NCBI GenBank assembly: GCA_964016885.1
Contig: OZ024742.1
Coordinates: forward strand, 294,500,001 to 294,564,000
Length of the DNA stretch: 64,000 nt
Direction: 5' to 3'
Origin: Eledone cirrhosa
Lineage: Eukaryota
This document shows, one piece after another, positions 13,401-25,519 of this stretch. Numbering within the stretch: position 1 is the first letter of the stretch; each line of letters starts with the position of its first letter. Both the position numbers and the translations under genes were made by a program. The notes beneath the pieces were generated by a model, which saw only the letters and a program-made list of their open reading frames with translations, made no database searches and had not been told where the DNA came from.

Positions 13401-16400
13401 ACAATCACTTGATTACCTATAGATCAGGGGAACACACCATCCAGATAGATTATATCCTTACCAGAAGACGTGACAGAGTGTCTGTTGTAAACACTAAATC
13501 CCTCCCCCATGAAGAATGCACCTCTCAACATAGACTCATAATTAGTGACCTCATAATCAGGACGAAACGTACTCGACAACAGAAGAGGACTATCCTCAGG
13601 AGAAAAATATGGAAGCTAAAGGACCCCACAGCCAGTAATAAATTTAAAAGCATATTACTTGATGCTTTTGACAGTAAGGAAGGGCATTTAGAGTCGTACA
13701 ATATAGAGGAACAGTGGGAATTCCTGAAAGCTAACCTGCTGATGGCGGCAGACAAAGTCTGTGGCTGGAGCAGGCCTATGAAATCTGTGAAGAAGGGAAG
13801 CAGAGGAAAGAAAATTCAAGCATGTTCTACAACGCGAGGACCAAGAACGTTAGGTGTTCAGGATTGCTAGGCAATGTGTCAAGGAAAACCGTGATATTGT
13901 CGGGGAGAAGTGTGTCCTTAATGATGATGGTGTACTTGCCATCACTGACGCTGATAAGAAGGTAGCTTGGAAGTGTCACTACGAAAGGCTACTAAATGAG
14001 GAGAATAATTGGGAGAAAGACAGTCTCCCCCACATCGATCCAATAGAGGGACCAGCAGTGCAAGTTGAAGGTAGTATAATAAGTAAGGCGATCAAAGATA
14101 TGAAGACAGGCAAGGCGGCTGGGCCTTCGGAAATAGTTGCTGAAATGCTGAAAGCATCTGGAACACTATGGTCACCCGGATAGTAAACCAAGTCATACAG
14201 AATGGGGTCGTTCCGAAGGACTGGCGTAGCAGCATCATCATTAACTGCTACAAGGGTAAAGGAGATGCACTAGATAAGGGAAACTATAGAGGCATTAAAT
14301 TAATTGACCAGGTCATGAAGGTCACAGAAAAAGTAATAGCACAACTAATCAGAGAGCGAATTGATCTAGATGAAATGCAGTTCGGGTTTGTGTCAGGTAA
14401 AATTATAACAGACGCTCTTTTCATTGTACGACAACTACAGGAGTAGTACCTAGCTAAAAGTAAACCCCTATATTTAGCTTTTGTTGACTTGGAGAAAGCT
14501 TTTGACAGAGTACCCTGCTCCATTATCTGGTGGGCTCTTAGAAAAATAGGTGTTGATGAATGGCTTGTGAGAGCTATACAAGCCATGTATAAAGAAACAG
14601 TCAGCAAGGTTAGAATTAACAACGAATATAGTGAAGAGTTTAGCGTAAAAGTTGGTGTTCATCAGGGCTCCGTCCTTAGCCCCCTACTATTTATTATTGC
14701 CCTTCAGGCTATAACAGAAGAGTTCAAGACCGGCTGCCCATGGGAACTCCTATACGCAGATGATCTAACGCTCATAGCTGAATCAATGGCTGAACTAGAG
14801 AAGAAATTCCAAACATGGAAGCATGGCCTAGAATCAAAAGGCCTTAAAATTAACCTGTCTAAGACTAAAGTTTTAGTTTGTAGGAAGGAAAATAGGGCAC
14901 TGGTCCCATCTTGGAAATGGCCATGCTCAGTGTGTAGGAAAGGAGTAGGCAGAAACTCCATTTTATGTCCCAAATGCAGAGTATGGGTGCATAAAAGATG
15001 TAGTGGGATCACAGGTAAGCTAACTAAGAATATAGATTTTATATCTGGCCGGTGCTCAGGTGCAATAAGTAGCAGCAAGTGCCCACAGAATACTAGCTCA
15101 TTCCATTGCACAGATGGTTCTATAGAAATAGTGGACACCTTCCGTTACCTGGGTGGCAAAATCAGCAGTGGTGGAGGGTGCTCTGAAAGTACAGTAGCTA
15201 GAGTCAGAACGGGATGGAAAAAGTTCAGAGAGCTTATACCACTATTGGCTGCTAAAGGGTTCTCTCTAAAAATGAAAAGCAGGCTGTATGATGCCTGCAT
15301 ACAAACAGCAATGTTACATGGCTGTGAGACTTGGGCGTTGTGTGCAGAGGATATACGCAGACTGGAGAGGAACGAAGCTTGCATGCTCCGTTGGATGTGT
15401 AATAGTAATATACGTGAACGGCAAAGCATAAATGAACTAAGGGAGAAATTAGGAATAAGAGGAATCAGATGTTGTTTACTCGAGAGAAGACTATGTTGGT
15501 ATGGTCACGTGATGCGCATGAAAGACGACAGCTGTATAAAAAAGTGCAGGGCGATAAAATAGACGGTAGCCACGGAGTAGGCAGACCCAGAAAAACCTGG
15601 GACGACTTGATAAATTCCGACCTCACACACTTACACCTCTCCAAGACAATGTCACTGGACCGAGATCTTTGGTGCTACACAGTAATACAGAAGACCCGCC
15701 TTGCCTATGTACAAAGCGAAACCTACAGTCAGTAGGCACCTCTTAACAAAAATACACATCCGTCCCACTACCCCCACCCCATCCACACCACCCCTTTCGA
15801 TGTAAAGTTATGTTGGTACCACAACGTCCAGTCCGAAATAAATGAGGTCGTGTAGGTGTCACGGAAAAAAAAACACACAGTCCACGCTGTAATGTGGCCA
15901 TGTAGGTAACACAGTAAAAACCTCCCAGTCCACACTGTAAACATGGTTGGTGTTAGGAAAGGCATCCAGCCGTAGAAAACCCGCCAGACAGTCCTATACG
16001 AGCAAGACAACCAATCTTGCCTCAAGTGGGAAAATTCCCGTCCAAACCCATGCAAGCGTGGAAGATGGACGTTAAACGATGATGATGATGATCAGATTTA
16101 TGGCAGTTAATGAGCTGAATGTTGTAAGTATATGTAAACATAATTTATTTTCTAGGTTTGTTTCCTTCAACAATGTGAGAATACCTCGGGAAAACTTACT
16201 TAATAAGAGTGCAGATGTCACAGTTGATGGCCAATATGTATCACCTTATAAGGTAAAGACAATATTAATTTATGCTTTTATCCTAAACACAACATAAGCT
16301 CCTCTTCTACTTCATACAACAACAACAAGCTGTTTTAAGGCTATTTTCTTTGCTAAAGCTAGGGTTTACTTTGTAGATCCTATGATAGGATATATGGGTG

Positions 16401-17676
16401 TAGATAAATGACTGAAATCAATAAAAGTGGTTGGTAATAGGGAGGGCATCCATTCATTGAAAATTTTCCAAATAAAGGGTTGAGAGGGTTCTTCAGTTGT
16501 GTCAAAGACATAACCTTCTTGGTGCTGGTTCCATGATAAAATGCACAGGTACATATTTAAATGAGATGCAGGCTCCCATCCTGTCTGAGAGGCTAGTAGC
16601 TTCAGATAAGTACTGACTTGGTCTGTGACAACCTCTTTAACAACTTGCTATCAGGGAAAACAGACAGGATGATGATGATTTAGTCTTGATGTGAAAGTAG
16701 GTACTGTGGTTAGACCATTGACGTTTTGAATGAGAATCAAATTAACAATACTTTCATAGTAGCTATGACTCAGCAGGATTTAAATACCTCCTCTTCCGAG
16801 AGCTCATTACTAGAACAGAAGTCTAATCAGGCCTCTCCATTCATATTTAGATCAGGGTTGCTGTTCCTTTCAGTCACTCCTTTCCATGTCAGGTAGTCGG
16901 TACGAACATATGCATTGAAGTATACAATTAGGATATATGACTCAGACTTAACTACATCTAATGCTGTGGTGACTTCATCAAGGAAGGATCTTTATGTACC
17001 TCTACTTTAGGCCTGAATGTATCCCTTGTTATCCTGCACAAAGGACAATGCAGTATAGATGTCTTTACTGTTTCCAGTCATATTGCAGTGTTTTGGTGGT
17101 CTCATTTGTGCCTGCCACCAATTTAATACTTTTCTCATACTTCCTTTTCAAAATGTTGAAAGCTAGTAATAGAAAGCTACTTATTAAAATGTAGATAAGA
17201 TTATGAATGAGACAACGTATACTATATTATCAGTTGCCATTCATCTAATATACTTTGACTTTGTATTTGTGATATGTAATCTGTTTTCATTTACAAGACA
17301 CAGATAATTTAATTATTTTTAATGATAATTTACTAACTTTTAATGATAATTAACTAACTTTTAATGATAATTTTCTAACTTTTAATGATAATTAACTAAT
17401 TTAAATATATTTACTTTGTAAAATGGTTGGCAATTGAAAAGAGACAATATAAAGTAGTAAAGAGTTTTCTTGAAGACATAACATCTCAAATGTTGATGAT
17501 ATCATAAATACACCAAGTACACTCTGTAAAGCAGTTGGTGTTAGCAAAAGTTTCAAGCCCAAAAACCATATACAAAGACAGTAATTCTGAATAAAAACTG
17601 ATTTGGACAATAACAACACTTTCAACTTATGCCAGCATGGATATTCAACATAAAATGATGATGATGATGAAGACAA

Positions 17677-17715
<39 letters not shown>

Positions 17716-20700
17716 GTATGGAGGCACATGGCTTAGTGGTTAGAGCCTTGCAATCGAAAGTTGTGAGTTCAATTCTCAGACCGGGTGATGTGTTGTTTCC
17801 TTGAGCAAGGCACTTTATTTCACATTGCTCCACTTTACTCAGCTGTATAAATGAGATGATAGGACTGGGGTCCCTATCATTCCATTGCAAAGTGGTTGTG
17901 GAGGTGCCACAGCAAAAAAGCACCCAGCCCACACTATAAAGTGGACGTGTAGGCGCCATGGAAAAAAGCACCCAGCACTCACTGTAAATGAGGTTGGTGT
18001 TAGGAAGGGCATCCAGCTGTAGAAATCAAGCCAGAATCAGTTCCCGTCCCACCCTTACAAGCAAGGAAAAGCAGATGTAAAATGATGATGATGATGATGA
18101 TGTGTATGTGTGTGTATGTATGTGCATATGCATGCATTTATATATATATGAGTATATAAATATAAACCTGCAAACACAGACACACTTACAAAAATACTCA
18201 TTCACAGACAAACATTCACACAAACACACACATGAGTTCACACAAACATACACATACACTCACACACAGTGTAGCAAAATGGCAGCCAGCCGCTGTTTTG
18301 TTACAGTTTTTTCACCATCACCTTCCTTCCTTTTACACACACATACATTCATATAAACACACACATATTGTGTGACTGATGGAAATCACGCAACTTTATA
18401 TATAGATTAAATGTCATAAAGTAAAAAATAAGATAAAAAGAATTTTTTTTGTTTTCCATTCACTTTTGCGAGGGTTTAATATTGTAAAAATTATTATTTT
18501 GAAATTTGGCTGTTCTACTTACTGAGAATCATAACCTGCAACATACAATGTGGCTTGACCCCTCCCTGCTTCCACTACCACTCACTAACAGCTATCCTCA
18601 ACACCACTACGCCCCCCTCACTGCACCCCCACACTCCATCCACACACATGCTCCTAGCTGCTGTCCCCTTGTGAAGTTGTTGGTGATGGGCATCCTGCCA
18701 TAGAAAGCTTGCCAAACAAAGGGTCGGGAGGACCCTTCAGTCATGACAAGATGTGACAGCCACCCTAGTGTTTGGTGATCTATATGATAAACACACCCAG
18801 TACGTACTGTAAAGTGGTTGGTGATAGGAAGGGCATCTAGCCGTAGAAAGCCTGATAAAACAAAGGGTTGGAAGGCCTCTTTTGTTGTGTCAAAGACATG
18901 AGAGCCTCCCCTGTACACTTGGTAGAATGTGAGACCAAACATAAGTGAGGTGATAGATCCATAAATCTTCCCAAATTCTTGATTATTTTCAAAATTATTT
19001 GAAAATCATAGGCAGCATTAAAGTTTTTATATTCATCTGAAAACCTTTCACCATGATCGCAGATTAACCAAACAAAACCTTTTATTAATTTCCCTAATAA
19101 TTTTATGTAAAAACACCAGATAAATAATGAGACAATACTAAATCCTTCAAAATCATTAATTATTTTCAAAATTATTTGAAAATCATAGGCAGTGTCTTCC
19201 ATTAGAAATACTAGCAGAAAAACCACCCTTTGGGTGGTTTTCTGCTAGCATGTGTAGTGTGCATATTGATATTATACGCAAGTATATATGCATGTAGATA
19301 TAATACATCAAATAAAATCGGAATTGACAATATATACAGAAATTGAACGAAGACTGTGTTACACTGTCTTATGTAATCAGTAATGTAATCCATGATACAT
19401 TAAAAAAAGACGATATTATATATAAACTGCATTAGGAGAAAATTAGTGACAGAAATATATAAATGTTTATTTAAACGATCGCTAACCAGAAGTGTTGACA
19501 TTTGAAAATTTTAAAGAAGTGAATCTTAAAATAACCAACAAAATTATTTATATGTAATCAAGAATAATGAAATTTAGTAGATAAATTATGTAATATTCAT
19601 TCATTATTTATTTGGTGGATTGGCAGTATCGGTAGAGGGTCGGAAGTCATGCTTTCCAGCATAGTTACGTCCCTTTACAATCTGAGTTCAAATCCAGCCG
19701 AGGTTAACTTTGCCTTTCATCCTTACGGGGTCGATAAAATAAAGTACCAGTAATGCACTGGGTAATTGCTGGCCTTGTGTCTAAAGTAGAAACAATTATT
19801 TATTTTAGAAACGGGATAAAAAAATATATTCTGGACGCAGTCCCGCACTCCTTACTTTATTATAGTTTAGATGGTAACAAAAGGGCTAACCCTTTCATGA
19901 CTGCATTTCTAATGAAATACACTCTATTTTAATTAATGAAGAATTTTGAGGGATTTACTAAAAATTATTAATTATTTCATTACTAAGGTAGTAATTTCGT
20001 GTAAGGTTCTTATATAAAATTATGTTGGAAGATTTTTAATTTAATTTGGAAACCTTTAAAATGGGTGCCTTTTGTCATAGGTCCAGAGCGCAGAGCTGGT
20101 TTTGGCGAGGTTGGTAAAAAAAGGGTTAACCCTTTAGCATTTAAACCGGCCATATCTGGCCAGAATTATCTCACCTCTTTCTGTTCAAACTGGCCATAAC
20201 TGGCTGTGCATAGTAATGTTAAGGTATTGTTCTCAAAATGAATAATATCAAAATCTCATAGATTCAATATTATGTGAGATAGTCTTTACAACAAAAATAA
20301 TATAGAGTAATGTAAATGCTAAAGGGTTAAACTAGTTATTCCAACAACAAAAACAACATCCATATTTTACTAAAATTTTCCTTTATCTATTTATTATTAT
20401 TATTTTTTTGAGCAGAAAAGCAAAAGGTTCAGTATTTCCTTGGCAGTTCTTTCAAATGGTAGAGTTGCAATCACAGGCTTTGGAGCAACAGTTTTGAAGA
20501 TGGGCTTAGCTATTGCAATACGCTACTCAGCAGCACGGCGTCAGTTTGGACCAACAGAAAATGAAGAGATTCCAATTTTAGAATATCCATTACAAGTGAG
20601 ACCAATTATTGCTTATAATCTGTAATGTGGTAGTAGTGGTATCATGATAAAAACACCCAGTACACTCTGTAATGTGGTAGTAGTGGTGGTCTCATGATGA

Positions 20701-21962
20701 AATACACCTAGTACCCTCTGTAATGTGGCAGTGTTGGTGTCATGATAAAAAACACCCAGTACACTTTGTAAAATGATTGTGCTGGTTCCATGATCCAATT
20801 TCTTCCCTAAAAAAATAAAAGAGAGAGAGAGAGGGGAGAGAGAGAGAGGAAAAACAGACCTCCAGTAATGAAATGGTATTATATTTATTGACCTTGAAAG
20901 AATGAAAGGCAAGATTGACCTTGGCAAGATTGAATTCTGAGCACAGTGAGCTGGGACATTTTTTAATGTGACACATTATCAATTCTTCATTATACTAAAT
21001 ATAAACTTGTTATGAACATCATATTTCCTCCTCTTTCAGCAATGGCGTTTAATTCCATATTTGGCTGCAACATACTGTCTGGATCACTTTAGTAAATCTC
21101 TTTTTGCTGAACTCGTTAAAGTCCATATTGGACACATACTTGGGGACCAAAGTGAATACATGGTAATTTCATATTTGTATTTATTAGTTTGTTATGGCTG
21201 TGTGGTTAAGAAATTTGCTTCAGAACTATCTGGTTTTAGGTTCATTTCCAATGTATGGCATCTTGGGCGACTGTCTTCAAATATAGTCTCAGGCTAACCA
21301 ATGTTTTGTGAGTGAATTTAGAAGATGGGAACTGTAAAGACACTTGTGTATATATTATGTGTCAACTTACTGCATGTTTCCAACCTGACACTATTTAAAG
21401 CAAGTAGTGATATTCATTTATTTCCCATGTAAACAATATGTTCCACAGCAGATGAAAATTAGTGGTATATACCATACTTATAAATAAAGTATAGGTTAGT
21501 GTCAGAAAAGACATTTATTTGTAGAAAACCTGCCTTCAAAAGTCTCCTCCAACCCATGCCAACATAGAAAAACCAGATATAAAAAGGATAAGAGTGATTT
21601 ATATTGCAATTTGTGAACAATAATGTATTCTTAATAGTATGTATTCTTGATAATGAGTATTTGTCTTAATACTGTTGTTGTCTTCTTAATAACAGTGTTT
21701 TCTTCTTAATAGTGTTGTCTTCTTAATCCTTGAACCTAAAGTTTGTGACTTTATTTAATGTTATTGAAATGTTGACTGAAAAGAAATACAATTGAGTTAT
21801 TATTTTTTTATTGTTGACAGGGTGATTTGGTTCGTGAGATCCATGCTTTGTCATGTTCCAGTAAACCTCTTGGCAGTTGGTTAGCTCGAGATGGAATTCA
21901 AGAATGTAGAGAAGCTTGTGGTGGAAATGGTTATCTTGCTGGTGAGTGTCTCTTATATTGCT

Positions 21963-22036
<74 letters not shown>

Positions 22037-23312
22037 GCCGGTGCACGGGCAGTAAGTAGCAAAAGCCCTCAGGATACAATCTCTTTCAAATGCTCAGAGA
22101 GCTCGGTAGAAGTGGTGGATAGTTTCTGTTACCTAGGTTACCAAATCAGTAGTGGGGAGGTTGTTCTGAAAGCACAGTAACCAGAGTGAGATCAGGTTGG
22201 AAAGGGTTCAGGGAACTACTACTGTTACTAACTACAAAAGGTTTTCCCCTCAAAATGAAAGGCAGACTGTATGATGCATGTATACGAACAGCAATGTTGC
22301 ACAGCAGTGAGACCCGGGCACAGTGTGCTGAGGAGCTGTAAAGATTGGAAAGAAATGAAGCCTCCATGCTTTGCTGGATGTGCAATAGGAATATACGTGT
22401 ATGGCATAGTATAAACGTACAGCATGAGAAATTAGGCATAAGAGGGATCAGTTGTTGCGTGCAGGAGAGGAGATTGTGTTGGTATGGACATGTATGGACA
22501 TGCTGAGGCATATATCTAATAGGCAACACCTTCCTCTACTTTCTCCCCTCCCATACACCTCCCTTTGCGGTAACCAACCCTCTCCTATTACCTATGTCCG
22601 CAATTTTCCCAAGCTTCTTCCCCCTCCCTCTCTAGTTCCACGACAAAAGTGCCTAGTCCACACTGTAATGTGGTCATGTAGGTGACATAACAAAAATCAC
22701 CTAGCACACACTGTAAATATGGTTGGTGTTAGGAAGGTCATCCAGTTGTAGAAAACAAGCCAAAATCTGCCCCTAGTGAGCTAAACCTCTGACCTGATTA
22801 TCTCCCTAAGGGTCAACCTGCCCTACCCATGTTAGTTTGGAAGATGGACGTTAAATGATGGTGATGATATATATAGTAGTAATAAGTATGTAAAAATATC
22901 CAAGGTATAGAGCAACTCAAGTCCGTAGAGCAAGTTTGAATATAATTATTAAGGCCAGTTGCTACAATGGCACCATACCAGGTACAAATGTTTTGTTAAC
23001 CTAAAGGACCAACTTGTTCAACCTGTGCCAATGAAAATGAACCAGAAACAACACCGCAACAAAATATTTTCCAGTTCATTTTCATTGGCACAGATTGAAC
23101 AAGCTGGTCCTCAAGGCTAATGAAATGTATATAATCTAGTGTGGCTCCATTGTAGTAACTGGCCTTAATAATTATATGTATATATATATATAAAGGTAGA
23201 ACACTGGAGGGTAATATCTGTAGTAGCAGAGCACTCAGTCCATGGGACGAGTTTGGTAGAAGTAGTAACACAACAGTTAGTTCGGTATGGTGAACTAACT
23301 GTTGTGTTACAA

Positions 23313-23349
<37 letters not shown>

Positions 23350-25455
23350 TCATCATCATCATCATCAGCGTTTAACGTCCGTGTTCCACGCTTGCATGGG
23401 TTTGGACGGGGGTAGTCCCACTTGAGGCAAGAGTGATTGTCTTGCTCGCATAGGACTGTCTGGCAGGTTTTCTACAGTTGGATGCCCTTCCTAACACCAA
23501 CCACATTTACAGTGTGGGTCTGGGAGGTTTTTACCGTGTTGCCTACACGGCCACATTACAGCGTGGACTGTGTGTTTTTTTGTCGTGACACCTACACGAT
23601 CTCATTTGTTTCGGCCTCGATGGCGCGGCACCAACATAACTTTACATAGAACGGGGTGGTGTGGATCGGGTGGGGGTGGTGGGACGGGGTGTATTTGTTA
23701 GAGATGCCTACTGGCTGGAGTAGGTTTTACTATATATTTAGGTAAGGCGGGTCTTCTCTGTTACTGAGTACCGCCAAAGGTCTCGGTCCAGTGACATTGT
23801 CTTGGAGAGGTGTAAGTGTGTGATGTCGGAGTTTATCAGCTCGTCCCAGGTTTTTCTAGGTCTGCCTATTCCGTGACTACCGTCTATCTTTATTGCCCTG
23901 CACTTTGTTATACAGCTATCGACTTTCATGCGCATCACGTGTCCATACCAACGTAGCCTTCTCTCGAGTAAACAACATCTGATCCCTCTTATCTCTAATT
24001 TATTCCTTAGTTCGTTTATGCTTTGCCGTTCACGTATATTACTGTTACACATCCAGCGGAGCATGCATGCTTCGTTCCTCTCTAGTCTGCGTATATCCTC
24101 TGCACACAATGCCCAGGTCTCACTGCCATGCAGCATTGCTGTTCGTATGCAGGCATCGTACAACCTGCCTTTCATTTTTAGTGAGAACCCTTTAGCAGCT
24201 AATAGTGGTATAAGCTCTCTGAACTTTTTCCAACCAGTTCTGACTCTAGCTACAGTACTTTCAGAGCACCCTCCCCCACTGCTGATTTTATCGCCCAGGT
24301 AACGGAAGCTGTCCACTATTTCTATAGAACCCTCTGCGCAATTGAAAGAGCTAGTAGTTTGTGGGCACTTGCTGCTACTTATTGCACCAGAGCACCGGCC
24401 ACATGTAAAATCTATGTTCTTAGTTAGCCTACCTGTGATCCCACTACATCTTTTATGCACCCATACTTTGCATTTAGGACATAAAATGGAGTTTCTACCT
24501 ACGCCTTTCCTACACACCGAGCACGACCATTTCCCAGAAGGGACCGCCGCCTTGTTTTCTTTCCTACAAACTAGTACTTTGGTCTTAGCCAGGTTAATTT
24601 TAAGTCCTTTTGACTCTAGGCCGTGCTTCCATGTTTGGAATTTCTTCTCTAGCTCGGCCATTGATTCCGCTATGAGTGTCAGGTCGTCTGCGTATAGGAG
24701 TTCCCATGGGCAGCCTGTCTTGAACTCCTCTGTTATGGCCTGAAGGGCAATAATAAATAGTAGTGGACTGAGAACAGAGCCCTGATGGACGCCGACTTTT
24801 ACGCTAAACTCTTCACTATATTCGTTGTTAATTCTAACCTTGCTGACTGTTTCTTTATACATGGCTTGTATAGCCCTCACAAGCCATTCGTCAACGCCTA
24901 GTTTTCTAAGAGCCCACCAGATAATGGAGCGGGGGACTCTGTCGAAGGCTTTCTCCAAGTCGACAAAAGCTAAGTAGAGGGGTTTACCTTTAGCTAGGTA
25001 CTTCTCTTGTAGTTGTCGTACTATGAAAAGAGCGTCTGTGGTACTTTTGCCTGACACAAACCCGAACTGCATTTCATCTAGGTCAATTCTCTCTCTGATT
25101 AGTTGCGCTATTACTCTTTCCGTGACCTTCATGACCTGGTCGATTAATTTAATGCCTCTATAGTTACTCCTATCTAGGGCGTCTCCTTTACCCTTATAAC
25201 AGTTAACGATGATGCTGCTATGCCAGTCCTTCGGAACAACCCCGTTTTGTACGACTTGGTTAACTATGCGGGTGACCATGGTGTGTCCCACCGTGCCAGA
25301 TGCCTTCAGCATCTCAGCAACTATTTCCGAAGGCCCAGCCGCCTTACCAGTCTTCATATCCTTGATTGCCTTACTTATTATACTCCCCTCGACTAACACT
25401 GCTGGTCCCTCTATTGGGTCGATATGGGGGAGACTGCCTTTCTCCCAATTATTCT

Positions 25456-25519
<64 letters not shown>

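Noticed and set aside
24342-24743. Recurrent antisense ORFs over the RTE RT
   Set aside because: Shadow ORFs that recur only because the element is repeated; no independent motifs.
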